Of a stretch of DNA of 64,000 bases, positions 25,219 to 37,148 are shown piece after piece. The notes under the pieces were generated by a model. The model did not search any database and was not told the origin of the DNA. It saw only the letters and a program-made list of their open reading frames with translations. Origin of the DNA: Eledone cirrhosa (Eukaryota); the NCBI GenBank assembly GCA_964016885.1, contig OZ024755.1:31496001-31560000 (forward strand), in the 5' to 3' direction. Made by a program: the position numbers and the translations under genes. Numbering within the stretch: position 1 is the stretch's first letter; each line of letters opens with the position of its first letter.

Positions 25219-26430
25219 CATCATCATCGTTTAACGTCCATCTTCTACGCTAGCATGGGTTAGACGGTTTTGTACCATTTGATGCAGGATTGGTCGGAAG
25301 ACTGTGTCTCGCTCATATGGAAGTGTCACTGGTAGGTTTTCTATGGCTGGATGCCCTTCCCAACACCAACCACTTATACAGTGTGGACTGGGAGCCTTTT
25401 TGTTGTGTCACCGACTCAGTGGATGCAAATGGGAGGATGGAGTAGGGTGTATATTGGTTTAAGAGGTGGCTACTGACTGTAGGTTTGTATGCGTTGGCAG
25501 TCAGGTCTCCTGTACAACTGCATGGCACCAAATATCTTAGAGAGGTGTAAGTGGGCAAGGTCAGTTTTTATCACCTCATCCCAGGTTTTTCTTGGTCTAC
25601 CCACTCTGTAGCTTCCATCAATTTTCATTGCTCTGCACTTTTTTATACAGCTGTCATCCTTCATATGCATCACATGGCCATACCAACGCAATCTCCTCTT
25701 CAAAACACATTTGATACTTCTTCTGCTTAGTCTCTCTCTCAAGTCGTTTATGCTTCAGTGTTCGCGCACATTACTATTACACATCCATCGGAGCATGCAA
25801 GCTTAATTTCTTTCTAATCTACGCAAGTCTTCAGCACACAACGCCCAGATCTCACTACCATGTAATATCGCCATTCGTATACAAGCATCATACAATCTGC
25901 CTTTCACTTTTAGAGAAAAACCCCTTGTGGCCAACAGCGGTATTAGCTCTCTGAACTTTTTCCATCCCGTTCTAACTCTGGCTACTACACTTTCAGAACA
26001 CCCTCTTCCACTGCTGATTTTGTCACCCAGGTAACAGAAAGTGTCCACTATTTCTATAGAACCATCTGGGCAGTTGAAAGAGATAGCATCCAGTGGGTCC
26101 TTGCTACTTATTGCACCTGAGCATCGGCCACATATAAAATCTGCATTTTTAGATAGCTTACCTGTGATCCCACAACATCTTTTATGTACCCATAGTTTGC
26201 ATTTGGGGCATAGAATGGAATTTCTACCTACTCCTTACATACTAGAACTTTAGTCTTAGACAAGTTAACTTTAAGGCCTTTTAATTCTAGGCCATGCTTC
26301 CATGATTGGAACTTCTTTAGTTCAGCTATGAGAGTTAGATCATCTGCATATAGAAGTTCCCATGGGCAGCCAGTCTTAAACCCTTCTGTTGTAGCCTTAA
26401 GGGCAATAATAAGCAGGAGGGCCTGACAAT
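25219..26430 (-). pseudogene. 5'-truncated decayed RTE LINE with 3' UTR and tail
   Basis: FKTGCPWELLYADD, DTFCYLGD, RLRWYGHVM motifs; (cat)n tail. Confidence 0.87.
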
Positions 26431-26827
26431 TATAATAGGGAAGAAAAGAAAAAGGGGAGATAATAAGGAAGGAAAAAAGGGGGAATAATAAGAAAGGGTG
26501 AAGAACACCCAATTACTCCATTACAAACCTGCGTCTGATGGCAATGATATGAATATTTCAACTTAACTGGACACAATCTCTTTAATACCAAAATACATCA
26601 AGACAGAAACAGATCCCATAAAATTCCAAAGTTCCCTGGACAAATCTCTCCAAGAAATTCTGGACACAGATATGTCTCTGACAACAACTGTTTACAAGAG
26701 TGGGTCATGGTGCCCAAAACATGTTTAGGTTGTGAACCCATAATCTGAAAGACTTTGTCAGGTGGTGTTATTACGATAGACATGGCCTGGGCCAACACTT
26801 GCCGAAATCTATAGTTATATTATATAT

Positions 26828-27170
26828 CATCATTTTCATCATTTCATTTTACGTCCGCTTTTCCCTGCTTGCAAGGGTGGGACGGGAACTGATTCTGGCT
26901 TGATTTCTACAGCTGGATGCCCTTCTTAACACCAACCTCATTTACAGTGAGTGCTGGGTGCTTTTTTTCCGTGGCACTTTCACGACCACTTTGCAGTGGA
27001 ATGATAGGGACCCCAGTCCCTATCATCTCATTTCTACAGCTGAGTAAACTGGAGCAATGTGAAATAAAGTGTCTTGCTCAAGGAAACAACATATTGCCCG
27101 GTCTGAGAATTGAACTCACAACCTTTCGATTGCAAGGCCAATGCTCTAACCACTAAGCCATGTGCCTCCA
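26828..27170 (-). mobile_element. SINE family A variant with alternative 3' tail
   Basis: Same head and body as 14028-14420 but tail cccacccttgcaagcagggaaaagcggacgtaaaa. Confidence 0.88.
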
Positions 27171-27516
27171 TATATATATAATAGTAAAATATATAATCAT
27201 TGTAAAATGATGAATAGATGGATGTGAGAATGAGTACTCATTACCGAAGTAGAGTTTAAATATTTTTTATTATTTCTAAGGGGTCTGTCTTGTCACTCTG
27301 GAGTTTCACCTGTGTCCTGTGAGTACACAGGTGAAACTTCAGAGTAACAGGTCTCACGCCACTTAGCCATAATAAAGTTTATATTGAGTGGGAAATTTCA
27401 GCGGGTTAGCACAAACTCAATTTGTCTAGTTCTATATACTTATATTCTCCATTGTAACCGATGTACTTCTCATCATAAGTTGAATATCGTATATTTTGTA
27501 ATATTAATTCAATGTC

Positions 27517-27750
27517 GCTCTCTTTTGGATGTAACATGACAGGGTTAGCTGTCAAGAACTGTAGTCACTATCACACCTTTCCAATAGAACAACGGCCTCT
27601 CTTTTGGATGTAACATGACACGGTTAGCTGTCAAGAACTGTAGTCACTATCACACCTTTCCAATAGAACGGCCTCTCTTTTGGATGCAACATGACATGGT
27701 TAGCTGTCAAGAACTGTAGTCACTATCACATCTTTCCAATAGAACAATGG
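27517..27750. repeat. Three tandem copies of an about 79-bp unit
   Basis: ctctcttttggatgtaacatgac..ccaatagaac repeated three times. Confidence 0.9.
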
Positions 27751-29026
27751 CCCTTGTTGATGACTCTTTTGGTCCTGGCCGTGAATGTTTTTTCTGGATG
27801 ATTCTAGAATTAACACATAGCTTCTGCACACTGGCTGCAGCGAAGAAACCAACAATTATCATCCAGAGTGATTTATATAGCGCTCCCTGACTAAATGTGT
27901 GCGCTCTGAATCACTAACCTACACTTCAGAAAGGCAGGTTTCGTGAAATCATTGAGCAAGTGGGAAATTTCATTGGGCTAGCACAAACTCAATTTGTCTA
28001 GTTTAAGATATATATATATATATAGATATATATATTAGGCCTAGACATGATTGTGTGGTTAAGAGGGTGGCTTTGCAATCCCATGGTTTCAGGTTTAGTG
28101 AACAGAAAACAAAGAAGATAGAAATAAAAAGAAATGAATACAAAGTCATATGAAAAATACAAAACAAAATCTTATTTGACATTCTTTGGCAGCAATTGCC
28201 GGGGCCATGCTGGAGCAAAGCATGATGATTCGGTATAGAAAATAATAATGTAAAAAAAAAGTTTCTAATTTAGGCACAAGGCCTGCCTGAAATTTGGAGG
28301 AGGAGAGTGAGTCAAATTGACCTCCAGTATATAACTGGTATTTTATTTTAAAGATCTCTACTTCCACCCAAGAAGGATGAAAGGGAAAGTTCACTTCAGC
28401 AAGATTTGAATACAAATGTAGAGAAGTAATACTAAATGTAGAGAACTGTAACTAAATGCTGCAAATCCTTTTATCCATTGTGCTACCACTTCTCCCCCCT
28501 ACCAATATTAATAATAATAATAATAACAATTATATATCCTCTCGTTTATTCACAACTATTTTATTCTGATAATTCAAAAAATTTACTCTCAAATAACCCC
28601 CCTCCCCCTTATTAAATTCTGATTATCTATTTCTGGTAGCATTCCTGCAACAATTGATTTCCTTTAGACGTTAAAAAACATACATGAAAAAAAAAAGGTG
28701 CATGTGTTTTTATTGGCAGCATGAGCCCCCCAAAGTATAACAGCGTTTCAACATGTTTTCAGATAAATCTTGCAAACCAAATTCAAAAACGAAAAAAATA
28801 TATATATATTACTAGGAATCCCATATATGATGAAAAGAATGGGTTGCAGTCCCAATATGGAAACTAAACAACTAATTCTTTTTTAAAAAGATCAACAGGG
28901 ACAACCTGGAAAAATTCTGGTTTCCCAGCCCCCTGCATATTCAAACTCCCCCACTTATTTCCACCCACCTATTATTTGGGACCCAAGAGCACTTTGAAAT
29001 TTACATCTCCCATATGCTACATGATA

Positions 29027-29392
29027 ATGATAATTGTTTCTACTTTTGGCACAGGGCCAGCAATTTCCCCAGTGCATTACTGGTACTTTATTTTATCGAC
29101 CCCGTAAGGATGAAAGGCAAAGTCAACCTCGGCGGGATTTGAACTCAGATCGTAAAGGGACGTAATTATACTGGAAAGCATATGCTACATAATAATGATA
29201 ATTGTTTCTACTTTTGGCACAAGGCCAGCAATTTCCCCAGTGCATTACTGGTACTTTATTTTATCGACCCCGTAATGATGAAAGGCAAAGTTAACCTCGG
29301 CGGGATTTGAACTCAGAATGGCAAGGGCCGTAACTCTATGCGTCAAAGCATGGTGTCCGACTCTCTACCGATACTGCCAATCCACCGCCATT
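29027..29392 (-). mobile_element. Tandem pair of family B SINEs (one partial, one full)
   Basis: Duplicated ttgtttctacttttggcac..gggatttgaactcaga; head with box A/B near 29390. Confidence 0.87.
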
Positions 29393-29708
29393 ACATAATA
29401 ATGATAACAATAATAAAAGTTCTTATAAAAATCTTCATGTAGTGTAATGACATGTGATGTCATCAACACTAATCAAATGTTTAAATGGCTTCCTCTGTCT
29501 ACAATATTTTCTCTTCATTTTTCTTACTCCTTTTTCAATTTTCATATTAAAATTTGGTTTCAAAGAGACAAATTGTTAATATTCCTAAAAAATATGACTT
29601 ATTTTTGCAGGGCAGGGAGACAACAACAAAAAGAAATTCACAAAAGCATACACAGAAAGGAAGATCATCAGTTCAGTTAAGAAAGTATATTCTATGTAAC
29701 ACACATAT

Positions 29709-30148
29709 ATGTATAAAAAGTGCAGAGTGATCAAAATTGATGGAAGTTACGTAGTAGGTAGACCAAGAAAAACCTGGAATGAGGTGATAAAAACTGACCT
29801 TGCTCACTTACACCTCTCTAAGACAATGTCACTGGATCAAGATCTTTGGCGCTATGCAGTAATACAGAAGAACTTAAACCTAGTCAGTAGGCACCTCTTA
29901 ACCCAATACACACCCTACCCCCTACTCCATCCGTCCACTGGTCATGTAGGTGACATGGTAAAAAGGCTCCCAGTCCACACTGTAAATGTGGTTGGTGTTA
30001 TGAAGGGTATCCAGCTGTAGAAAACCTGCCAGAGTCACTTCTGTATGAGCAAGTCACAGTCTCGCGACCAATCTTGCCTCAAGTGGGACAAAACCGTCCA
30101 ACCCATGCTAGTGTGGAAGATGGACGTTAAACGATGATGATGATGATA
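29709..30148 (+). mobile_element. 5'-truncated RTE LINE 3' end
   Basis: GRPRKTWNEVIKTDL then 3' UTR and (gat)n tail. Confidence 0.87.
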
Positions 30149-30180
30149 CACACACATATATATATGCATTATATATATAT

Positions 30181-30480
30181 ATGAGGGTCGGCTAAAAAGT
30201 TCATAGTCTAACTATGAAGACATGATGCTAGAGCTGTGAAATCTTGCATACATTAATTTCAACTCTTATTAATAACTGTATTGTTTCTTTCCAGGTAAAC
30301 TGATATCCGACTGTTCAAAGAAGACCTTTAAAGTAACTAGTAGTGACTCCTCTTGAAGATGGACCAAATTTGGCACTTTAGTGTTATTAAGTACCAGCAG
30401 AAAAAGGGTTTAGCAAGGATATTCATGCTGACACGGTTGCTACATTAGAAGATGAAGCTCTGGCTTTATCAACAGTTCAA
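30181..30480 (+). mobile_element. Mariner-like DNA transposon 5' fragment
   Basis: atgagggtcggctaaaaagtt TIR-like start after (TA)n; MDQIWHFSVIKYQQKKGL..DIHADTVATL..LSTVQ transposase N-terminus. Confidence 0.7.
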
Positions 30481-30482
30481 AT

Positions 30483-30960
30483 ATTTCATATTTCTAAAAA
30501 AATACGATATGTTTATAGATAAACATTTAGTAGCCGTAACTATGCAAAAAACACCTGGAGCTAACACCCTCTGGTGGTGTCCAACAGAAGCAAGGGGGAC
30601 AATCGCCGATGCATTTCAAACTTAACTGGTTCTCATCAGAACAATCCCTCCTAGTCTTGCGAGTGCTCAACTTCTATTATAAGTTGAGCCAACTCATGCA
30701 GCTTCATATGCAAATGAGATTAATCATATCATTTACATAGACAAGAAAACCATATATTCTCACCTGTTTTCAAGTCCAGCAGTCGCAGGTGCGGGAGGGA
30801 TTGTCCTGATGAGAACCAGTTAAGTTCGAAATGCATCAACGATTGTCCCCCTTGCTTCTGCCGGACACCACCAGAGGGCGATAGCCTCAGTGTTTTGCAT
30901 AGCTACGGCTTTCTAAATGTTTAGCTATAAACATATCTTATTTCTTTAGAAATACGAAAT
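30483..30960. mobile_element. Inverted repeat (about 185-bp arms), each arm with a hammerhead motif; Penelope-like pLTR pair
   Basis: 30483-30667 is the diverged reverse complement of 30779-30960; CTGATGA-gaac(cagttaa)gttc-GAAA-tgca-TC at 30806-30837. Confidence 0.75.
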
Positions 30961-31044
30961 TCTAATACACATCTGTATACAGCTATGCCTGAAGCTAAAT
31001 CCTAATTCTATTATATATATATCATCATTCTATTATATATATAT

Positions 31045-31632
31045 CATCATCATCATCATTTTTACGTCCGTTCTTCCACGCTAGCATGGGTTAGACGGGT
31101 TGTCCTGTTGTGGGCAGTGTCCAGTCGGCTGACCTTGTCTTGTTCATACGGGAACTGATTCTGGCTTGATTTCTACAGCTGGATGCCCTTCCTAACACCA
31201 ACCTCATTTACAGTGAGTGCTGGGTGCTTTTTTGCCGTGGTGCCTACACGTCCACTTTACAGTGAGTGTTGGGTGCTTTTTTGCCGTGGTGCCTACACGT
31301 CCACTTTACAGTGAGTGCTGGGTGCTTTTTTGCCGTGGTGCCTACACGTCCACTTTACAGTGAGTGCTGGGTGCTTTTTTGCCGTGGTGCCTACACGTCC
31401 ACTTTACAGTGAGTGCTGGGTGCTTTTTTCCGTGGTGCCTACACGTCCACTTTACAGTGTGGGCTGGGTGCTTTTTTGCCGTGGCGCCTCCACGACCACT
31501 CATTTCTACAGCTGAGTAAACTGGATCAATGTGAAATAAAGTGTCTTGCTCAAGGAAACAACACATCACCCGGTCCGAGAATTGAACTCACGATCTTTCG
31601 ATTGCAAGCCCAATGCTCTAACCACTAAGCCA
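31045..31632 (-). mobile_element. SINE family A with internal about 48-bp subrepeat expanded about 6 times
   Basis: tRNA-like head at 31632, RTE-like tail. Confidence 0.9.
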
Positions 31633-31884
31633 TATATATATACACACACACATATATATATATATATATATGTGTGTGCGTGTTTTGTTTATTGTTGTGA
31701 CTAGAAATTCTAGTGAAGGTATATTATTGTTTTAATGCCATGTTCACAGCTAACGTACGAGAGAGAGCCCATGACAGTCTTTATATTTATCATGGGATTC
31801 TTTAAGAATATGAGAATGTTTTAAAGTCAGCTGCCTTTCTTGGTGCCAACTGTGAGTCATTTCTTGTGACATGCTGGGATACAG

Positions 31885-31915
<31 letters not shown>

Positions 31916-32242
31916 GTAACATGTACAGTATATATATATATATATATATATACATGTCATGTACAGTGTATATATATATATATATATGTGTGTGTGTGAA
32001 GGTATTAAAAACAGATGGTTAGACTTCCTCCTCCTCCTCTACACATGGTTAGACTCTCCCCGCCTCCAGATGGTTAGACTGCCCCCCCCCCCCCACCCAC
32101 CCCTGTTTAATTAAAGCTAAAACTCTTATCTTATCTCATTTACACTTCAAAATAAAACTTGAAAAGGAAGAAACATATCCCAAATATGTCACCTGTATTT
32201 TGTAGCTGTTTTCAGTGGTTGGTGGAGATTGTCAACAGTTGT

Positions 32243-34245
32243 ACACTACCACTACTACCTACACTGCCACTACTACCTACACTGCCACTACTACCTACAC
32301 TACCACCACTGCCACTACTACCTACACTGCCACTACTACCTACACTGCCACTACTACCTACACTACCACTACTACCTACACTGCCACTACTACCTACACT
32401 GCCACTACTACCTACACTGCCACTACTACCTACACTACCACTACTACCAACACTGCCACTACTACCAACACTGCCACTACTACCTACACTGCCACTACTA
32501 CCTACACTACCACTACTACCTACACTGCCACTACTACCTACACTACCACTACTACCAACACTGCCACTACTACCTACACTGCCACTACTACCTACACTAC
32601 CACCACTGCCACTACTACCTACACTGCCACTACTACCTACACTGCCACTACTACCTACACTGCCACTACTACCTACACTACCACCACTGCCACTACTACC
32701 TACACTGCCACTACTACCTACACTGCCACTACTACCTACACTACCACTACTACCTACACTGCCACTACTACCTACACTGCCACTACTACCTACACTGCCA
32801 CTACTACCTACACTACCACTACTACCTACACTGCCACTACTACCTACACTGCCACTACTACCTACACTGCCACTACTACCTACACTACCACTACTACCAA
32901 CACTGCCACTACTACCTACACTGCCACTACTACCTACACTACCACCACTGCCACTACTACCTACACTGCCACTACTACCTACACTGCCACTACTACCTAC
33001 ACTGCCACTACTACCTACACTACCACCACTGCCACTACTACCTACACTGCCACTACTACCTACACTGCCACTACTACCTACACTACCACTACTACCTACA
33101 CTGCCACTACTACCTACACTGCCACTACTACCTACACTGCCACTACTACCTACACTACCACTACTACCTACACTGCCACTACTACCTACACTGCCACTAC
33201 TACCTACACTGCCACTACTACCTACACTACCACTACTACCAACACTGCCACTACTACCTACACTGCCACTACTACCTACACTACCACTACTACCTACACT
33301 GCCACTACTACCTACACTGCCACTACTACCTACACTGCCACTACTACCTACACTGCCACTACTACCTACACTGCCACTACTACCAACACTGCCACTACTA
33401 CCTACACTGCCACTACTACCTACACTGCCACTACTACCTACACTGCCACTACTACCTACACTGCCACTACTACCTACACTACCACTACTACCTACACTGC
33501 CACTACTACCTACACTGCCACTACTACCTACACTGCCACTACTACCAACACTGCCACTACTACCTACACTGCCACTACTACCTACACTACCACTACTACC
33601 TACACTGCCACTACTACCTACACTGCCACTACTACCTACACTGCCACTACTACCAACACTGCCACTACTACCTACACTGCCACTACTACCTACACTGCCA
33701 CTACTACCTACACTGCCACTACTACCTACACTGCCACTACTACCAACACTGCCACTACTACCTACACTGCCACTACTACCTACACTACCACTACTACCTA
33801 CACTACCTACACTGCCACTACTACCAACACTGCCACTACTACCTACACTGCCACTACTACCTACACTACCACTACTACCTACACTGCCACTACTACCTAC
33901 ACTACCACTACTACCAACACTGCCACTACTACCTACACTACCTACACTGCCACTACTACCAACACTGCCACTACTACCTACACTGCCACTACTACCTACA
34001 CTACCACTACTACCTACACTGCCACTACTACCTACACTACCACTACTACCAACACTGCCACTACTACCTACACTACCACTACTACCAACACTGCCTACAC
34101 TACCACCAACACTACCAATAATACTAATACAACCTACACTAACCAACACTGTCACTACTACCACTACCACCAACACCGCCACTACTACCACTACCACCAA
34201 CACTGCCAATACTACCAATAATACTAATACTACCTACACTACCAA
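32243..34245. repeat. 18-bp low-complexity minisatellite (actgccactactacctac)n
   Basis: About 105 units; several 630-700 aa ORFs are artefacts. Confidence 0.97.
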
Positions 34246-34474
34246 TTCACCACTCTTACAATAGCAATAGTTTCTGTTTTAGGCACAATTTAGCTGGAAG
34301 AAGGAGGAGTAGAATCAACCAAACCAACCCTAATAGTTCACTGGTACTTTATTTTATCAACTCTATAAAGATGAAAGGATCAATAAATAATAATATAATT
34401 GTATCTATTTTGGCACAAGGCCAGCAATTTAAAGGGAAGGAGGCAAGTCGACCAACCCTTTAGCATTTGCATTT

Positions 34475-35183
34475 CTCTAGATATACTATTGTATTCTTGT
34501 TGTAAAGGCTTTATCTATATATTACTCTAGATATACTATTGTATTCTTGTTGTAAAGACTTTATCTATATATTACTCTAGATATACTATTGTATTCTTGT
34601 GGTAAAGACTTTATCTATATATTACTCTAGATATACTATTGTATTCTTGTTGTAAAGGCTTTATCTATATATTACTCTAGATATACTATTGTATTCTTGT
34701 TGTAAAGGCTTTATCTATATATTACTCTAGATATACTATTGTATTCTTGTGGTAAAGGCTTTATCTATATATTACTCTAGATATACTATTGTATTCTTGT
34801 GGTAAAGGCTTTATCTATATATTACTCTAGATATACTATTGTATTCTTGTGGTAAAGGCTTTATCTATATATTACTCTAGATATACTATTGTATTCTTGT
34901 GGTAAAGGCTTTATCTATATATTACTCTAGATGTACTATTGTATTCTTGTGGTAAAGGCTTTATCTATATATTATTCTAGATATACTATTGTATTCTTGT
35001 GGTAAAGGCTTTATCTATATATTACTCTAGATATACTATTGTATTCTTGTGGTAAAGGCTTTATCTATATATTACTCTAGATATACTATTGTATTCTTGT
35101 GGTAAAGGCTTTATCTATATATTACTCTAGATATACTATTGTAAAGGCTTTATCTATCTATCTATGTATATATTACTCTAGAT
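34475..35183. repeat. 50-bp AT-rich minisatellite, about 14 copies
   Basis: ctctagatatactattgtattcttgtggtaaaggctttatctatatatta. Confidence 0.96.
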
Positions 35184-35616
35184 AGTGGCTGGTTACGGCT
35201 GGTTTGAAGAGAAAGCGGCGAGAGAATTCTGGCCGGATACGGCCGGTTTAAATCAACCCCAGTACTTAACTGGTACTTTATTTCATCAACCCAAGAAGGA
35301 TTGAAAGCAAAGTTGACCTCGGTGGGATTTGAACTTGTGATATAAAGAACCAGAACAAAAACTGCATTTTATCCAACATCCCTTAATAATAATAATTGTT
35401 TCTACTTTTGGCACAAGGCCAGCAATTACCCAAGTGCATTACTGGTACTTTATTTTATTGACCCCATAAGGATGAAAGGCAAAGCTAACCTTGGCGGGAT
35501 TTGAACTCAGAATGCAAAGGGTCATAACTCTATGCTGCAAAGCATGGTGTCTGACCCTCTATAGATACTGCCAATCCACTGCCCAATAATAATAATAATA
35601 ATCATCTTAATTGTTG

Positions 35617-35877
35617 CTACATTTGTTTTGTTGTATTCAGTTGAAGATGTCCCTGAGAGGCTTTCGTAAGGATAAACGGTCCTGAGGGAATGATGATGTT
35701 GTTGGAGGTGTTTACTTTGAGGTTTTTAGAGCCACTCGGTGTAACAGTTGATGCTGAAATTGTGTTGATTTTGGCAGAAGTAGCTGATTGAGATGGTGCC
35801 ATGATGCTGGGAAATGTCTGAGACTGCAGCGTTGAAGGAATTCCTGTACTTTGTAGTTGCACAGTCTGCATTCTCAC
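35617..35877 (-). CDS. ZMYND8: ZMYND8-like probable last coding exon (VRMQTVQLQ..TTKQM*)
   Basis: tattttag acceptor in phase 0 with the preceding exon; S/T/Q-rich; ends TAG (further splicing not excluded). Confidence 0.7.
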   Translation of the reverse strand: MRMQTVQLQSTGIPSTLQSQTFPSIMAPSQSATSAKINTISASTVTPSGSKNLKVNTSNNIIIPSGPFILTKASQGHLQLNTTKQM

Positions 35878-37148
35878 CTAAAATACATTAAAAAAATAAT
35901 TCATTATCATAATTATTGTTGCAATTTCATAGCACTAATCACATCTTAACCTTTTAATAACCAAATTTCTAATGAAATACATTCTATTTCAATTAATTAA
36001 TAAATGAGGGATTTACTAAAGTTATTATTTCAATACTAAGATAGTAACTTAACATACAGTTCTTACATACAATTCTGTTGAAAGATTTTAATTTAAACAG
36101 GAACCTTTTGAAATGGATGGTTTTGTTTGGTAGAACCAGAGCTTGTTTTGGTCAGGTTGATATTGAAAAAATTAATCTCATAAAATCACTTGGTGGGTCA
36201 TATTTAGCAACTGCCAGCTACTCAGCATGTAAAAACTAGTTAAACAGGGGAGAAGGGGAGACCCAGGAAGGACCTCAAACACACAGGAATTACAGTTAGA
36301 CAGGGGAGAAGGCCAGACCCAGGAGGACCTCAAAGACACAAGAATTACAGTTAGACAATATGAAGAAAACTGCACTGGCAGAAGGTATGTGTTAAAACTG
36401 CTGAAGACTTAAGACAAAAACCCGTCACATAATAGCTATAATTAAACATCTATCTGAAATATAGCTGTGTCTAGCTAGAAACTAGTGTGGTAAACCTTAC
36501 ACAATTACAGGAACTAAACATATATACACTAGATTCTAGATGATTCTCCATAAGGTCATATTAAACAAATTTTATTATCTTTTGCCTGCAGTATATCACA
36601 AAATCATATTTTCATCTGAAAAAATTGTTCCCATAGCAACAACAAATGCATACATTACATCTTGGATTGCATAAGGGAACCACTGAAATAACTATAATAA
36701 ATAAACGATTTATGTAATATCAGCATCTTTTTTCATGTTATTCTTATACTGAATCTCCATCGTAACTACACACTTCAGATGTAGAGAGCTTTCTCCTGTT
36801 TGCTCCTGTTTTTTACCAAAACAACTTTTACTGAACATCATCATCATCATCATCATCATCACCGTTTTACGTCCGTTCTTCCACGCTAGCATGGGTTAGA
36901 CGGGTTGTCCTGTTGTGGGCAGTGTCTGGTCGGCTGACCATGCCTTGCTCATACAGGAACTGATCTGGCTTGATTTCTACAGCTGGATGCCCTTCCTAAC
37001 ACCAACCTCATTTACAGTGAGTGCTGGGTGCTTTTTCGTGGCGCCTACACGTCCACTTTACAGTGTGGGCTGGGTGCTTTTTTGCCGTGGCACCTCCACG
37101 ACCACCTTGCGGTGGGGGGGGGGGGGGGGGGCATATTGTTTATATGCT

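Noticed and set aside
26510-26820. Possible CR1/L2-like LINE 3' fragment (FQSSLDKSLQEI)
   Set aside because: Too short and degenerate to call
29611-29684. Plus-strand exon-like segment after tttttgcag
   Set aside because: Weak donor, no partner exons or recognisable homology
32193-32245. Possible extra ZMYND8 exon ending cag|gtgaca
   Set aside because: No pyrimidine-tract acceptor, and the upstream exon already reaches a stop
32159-34264. 630-700 aa mucin-, silk- or His-rich ORFs
   Set aside because: An 18-bp repeat open in several frames on both strands; no credible start or splice support
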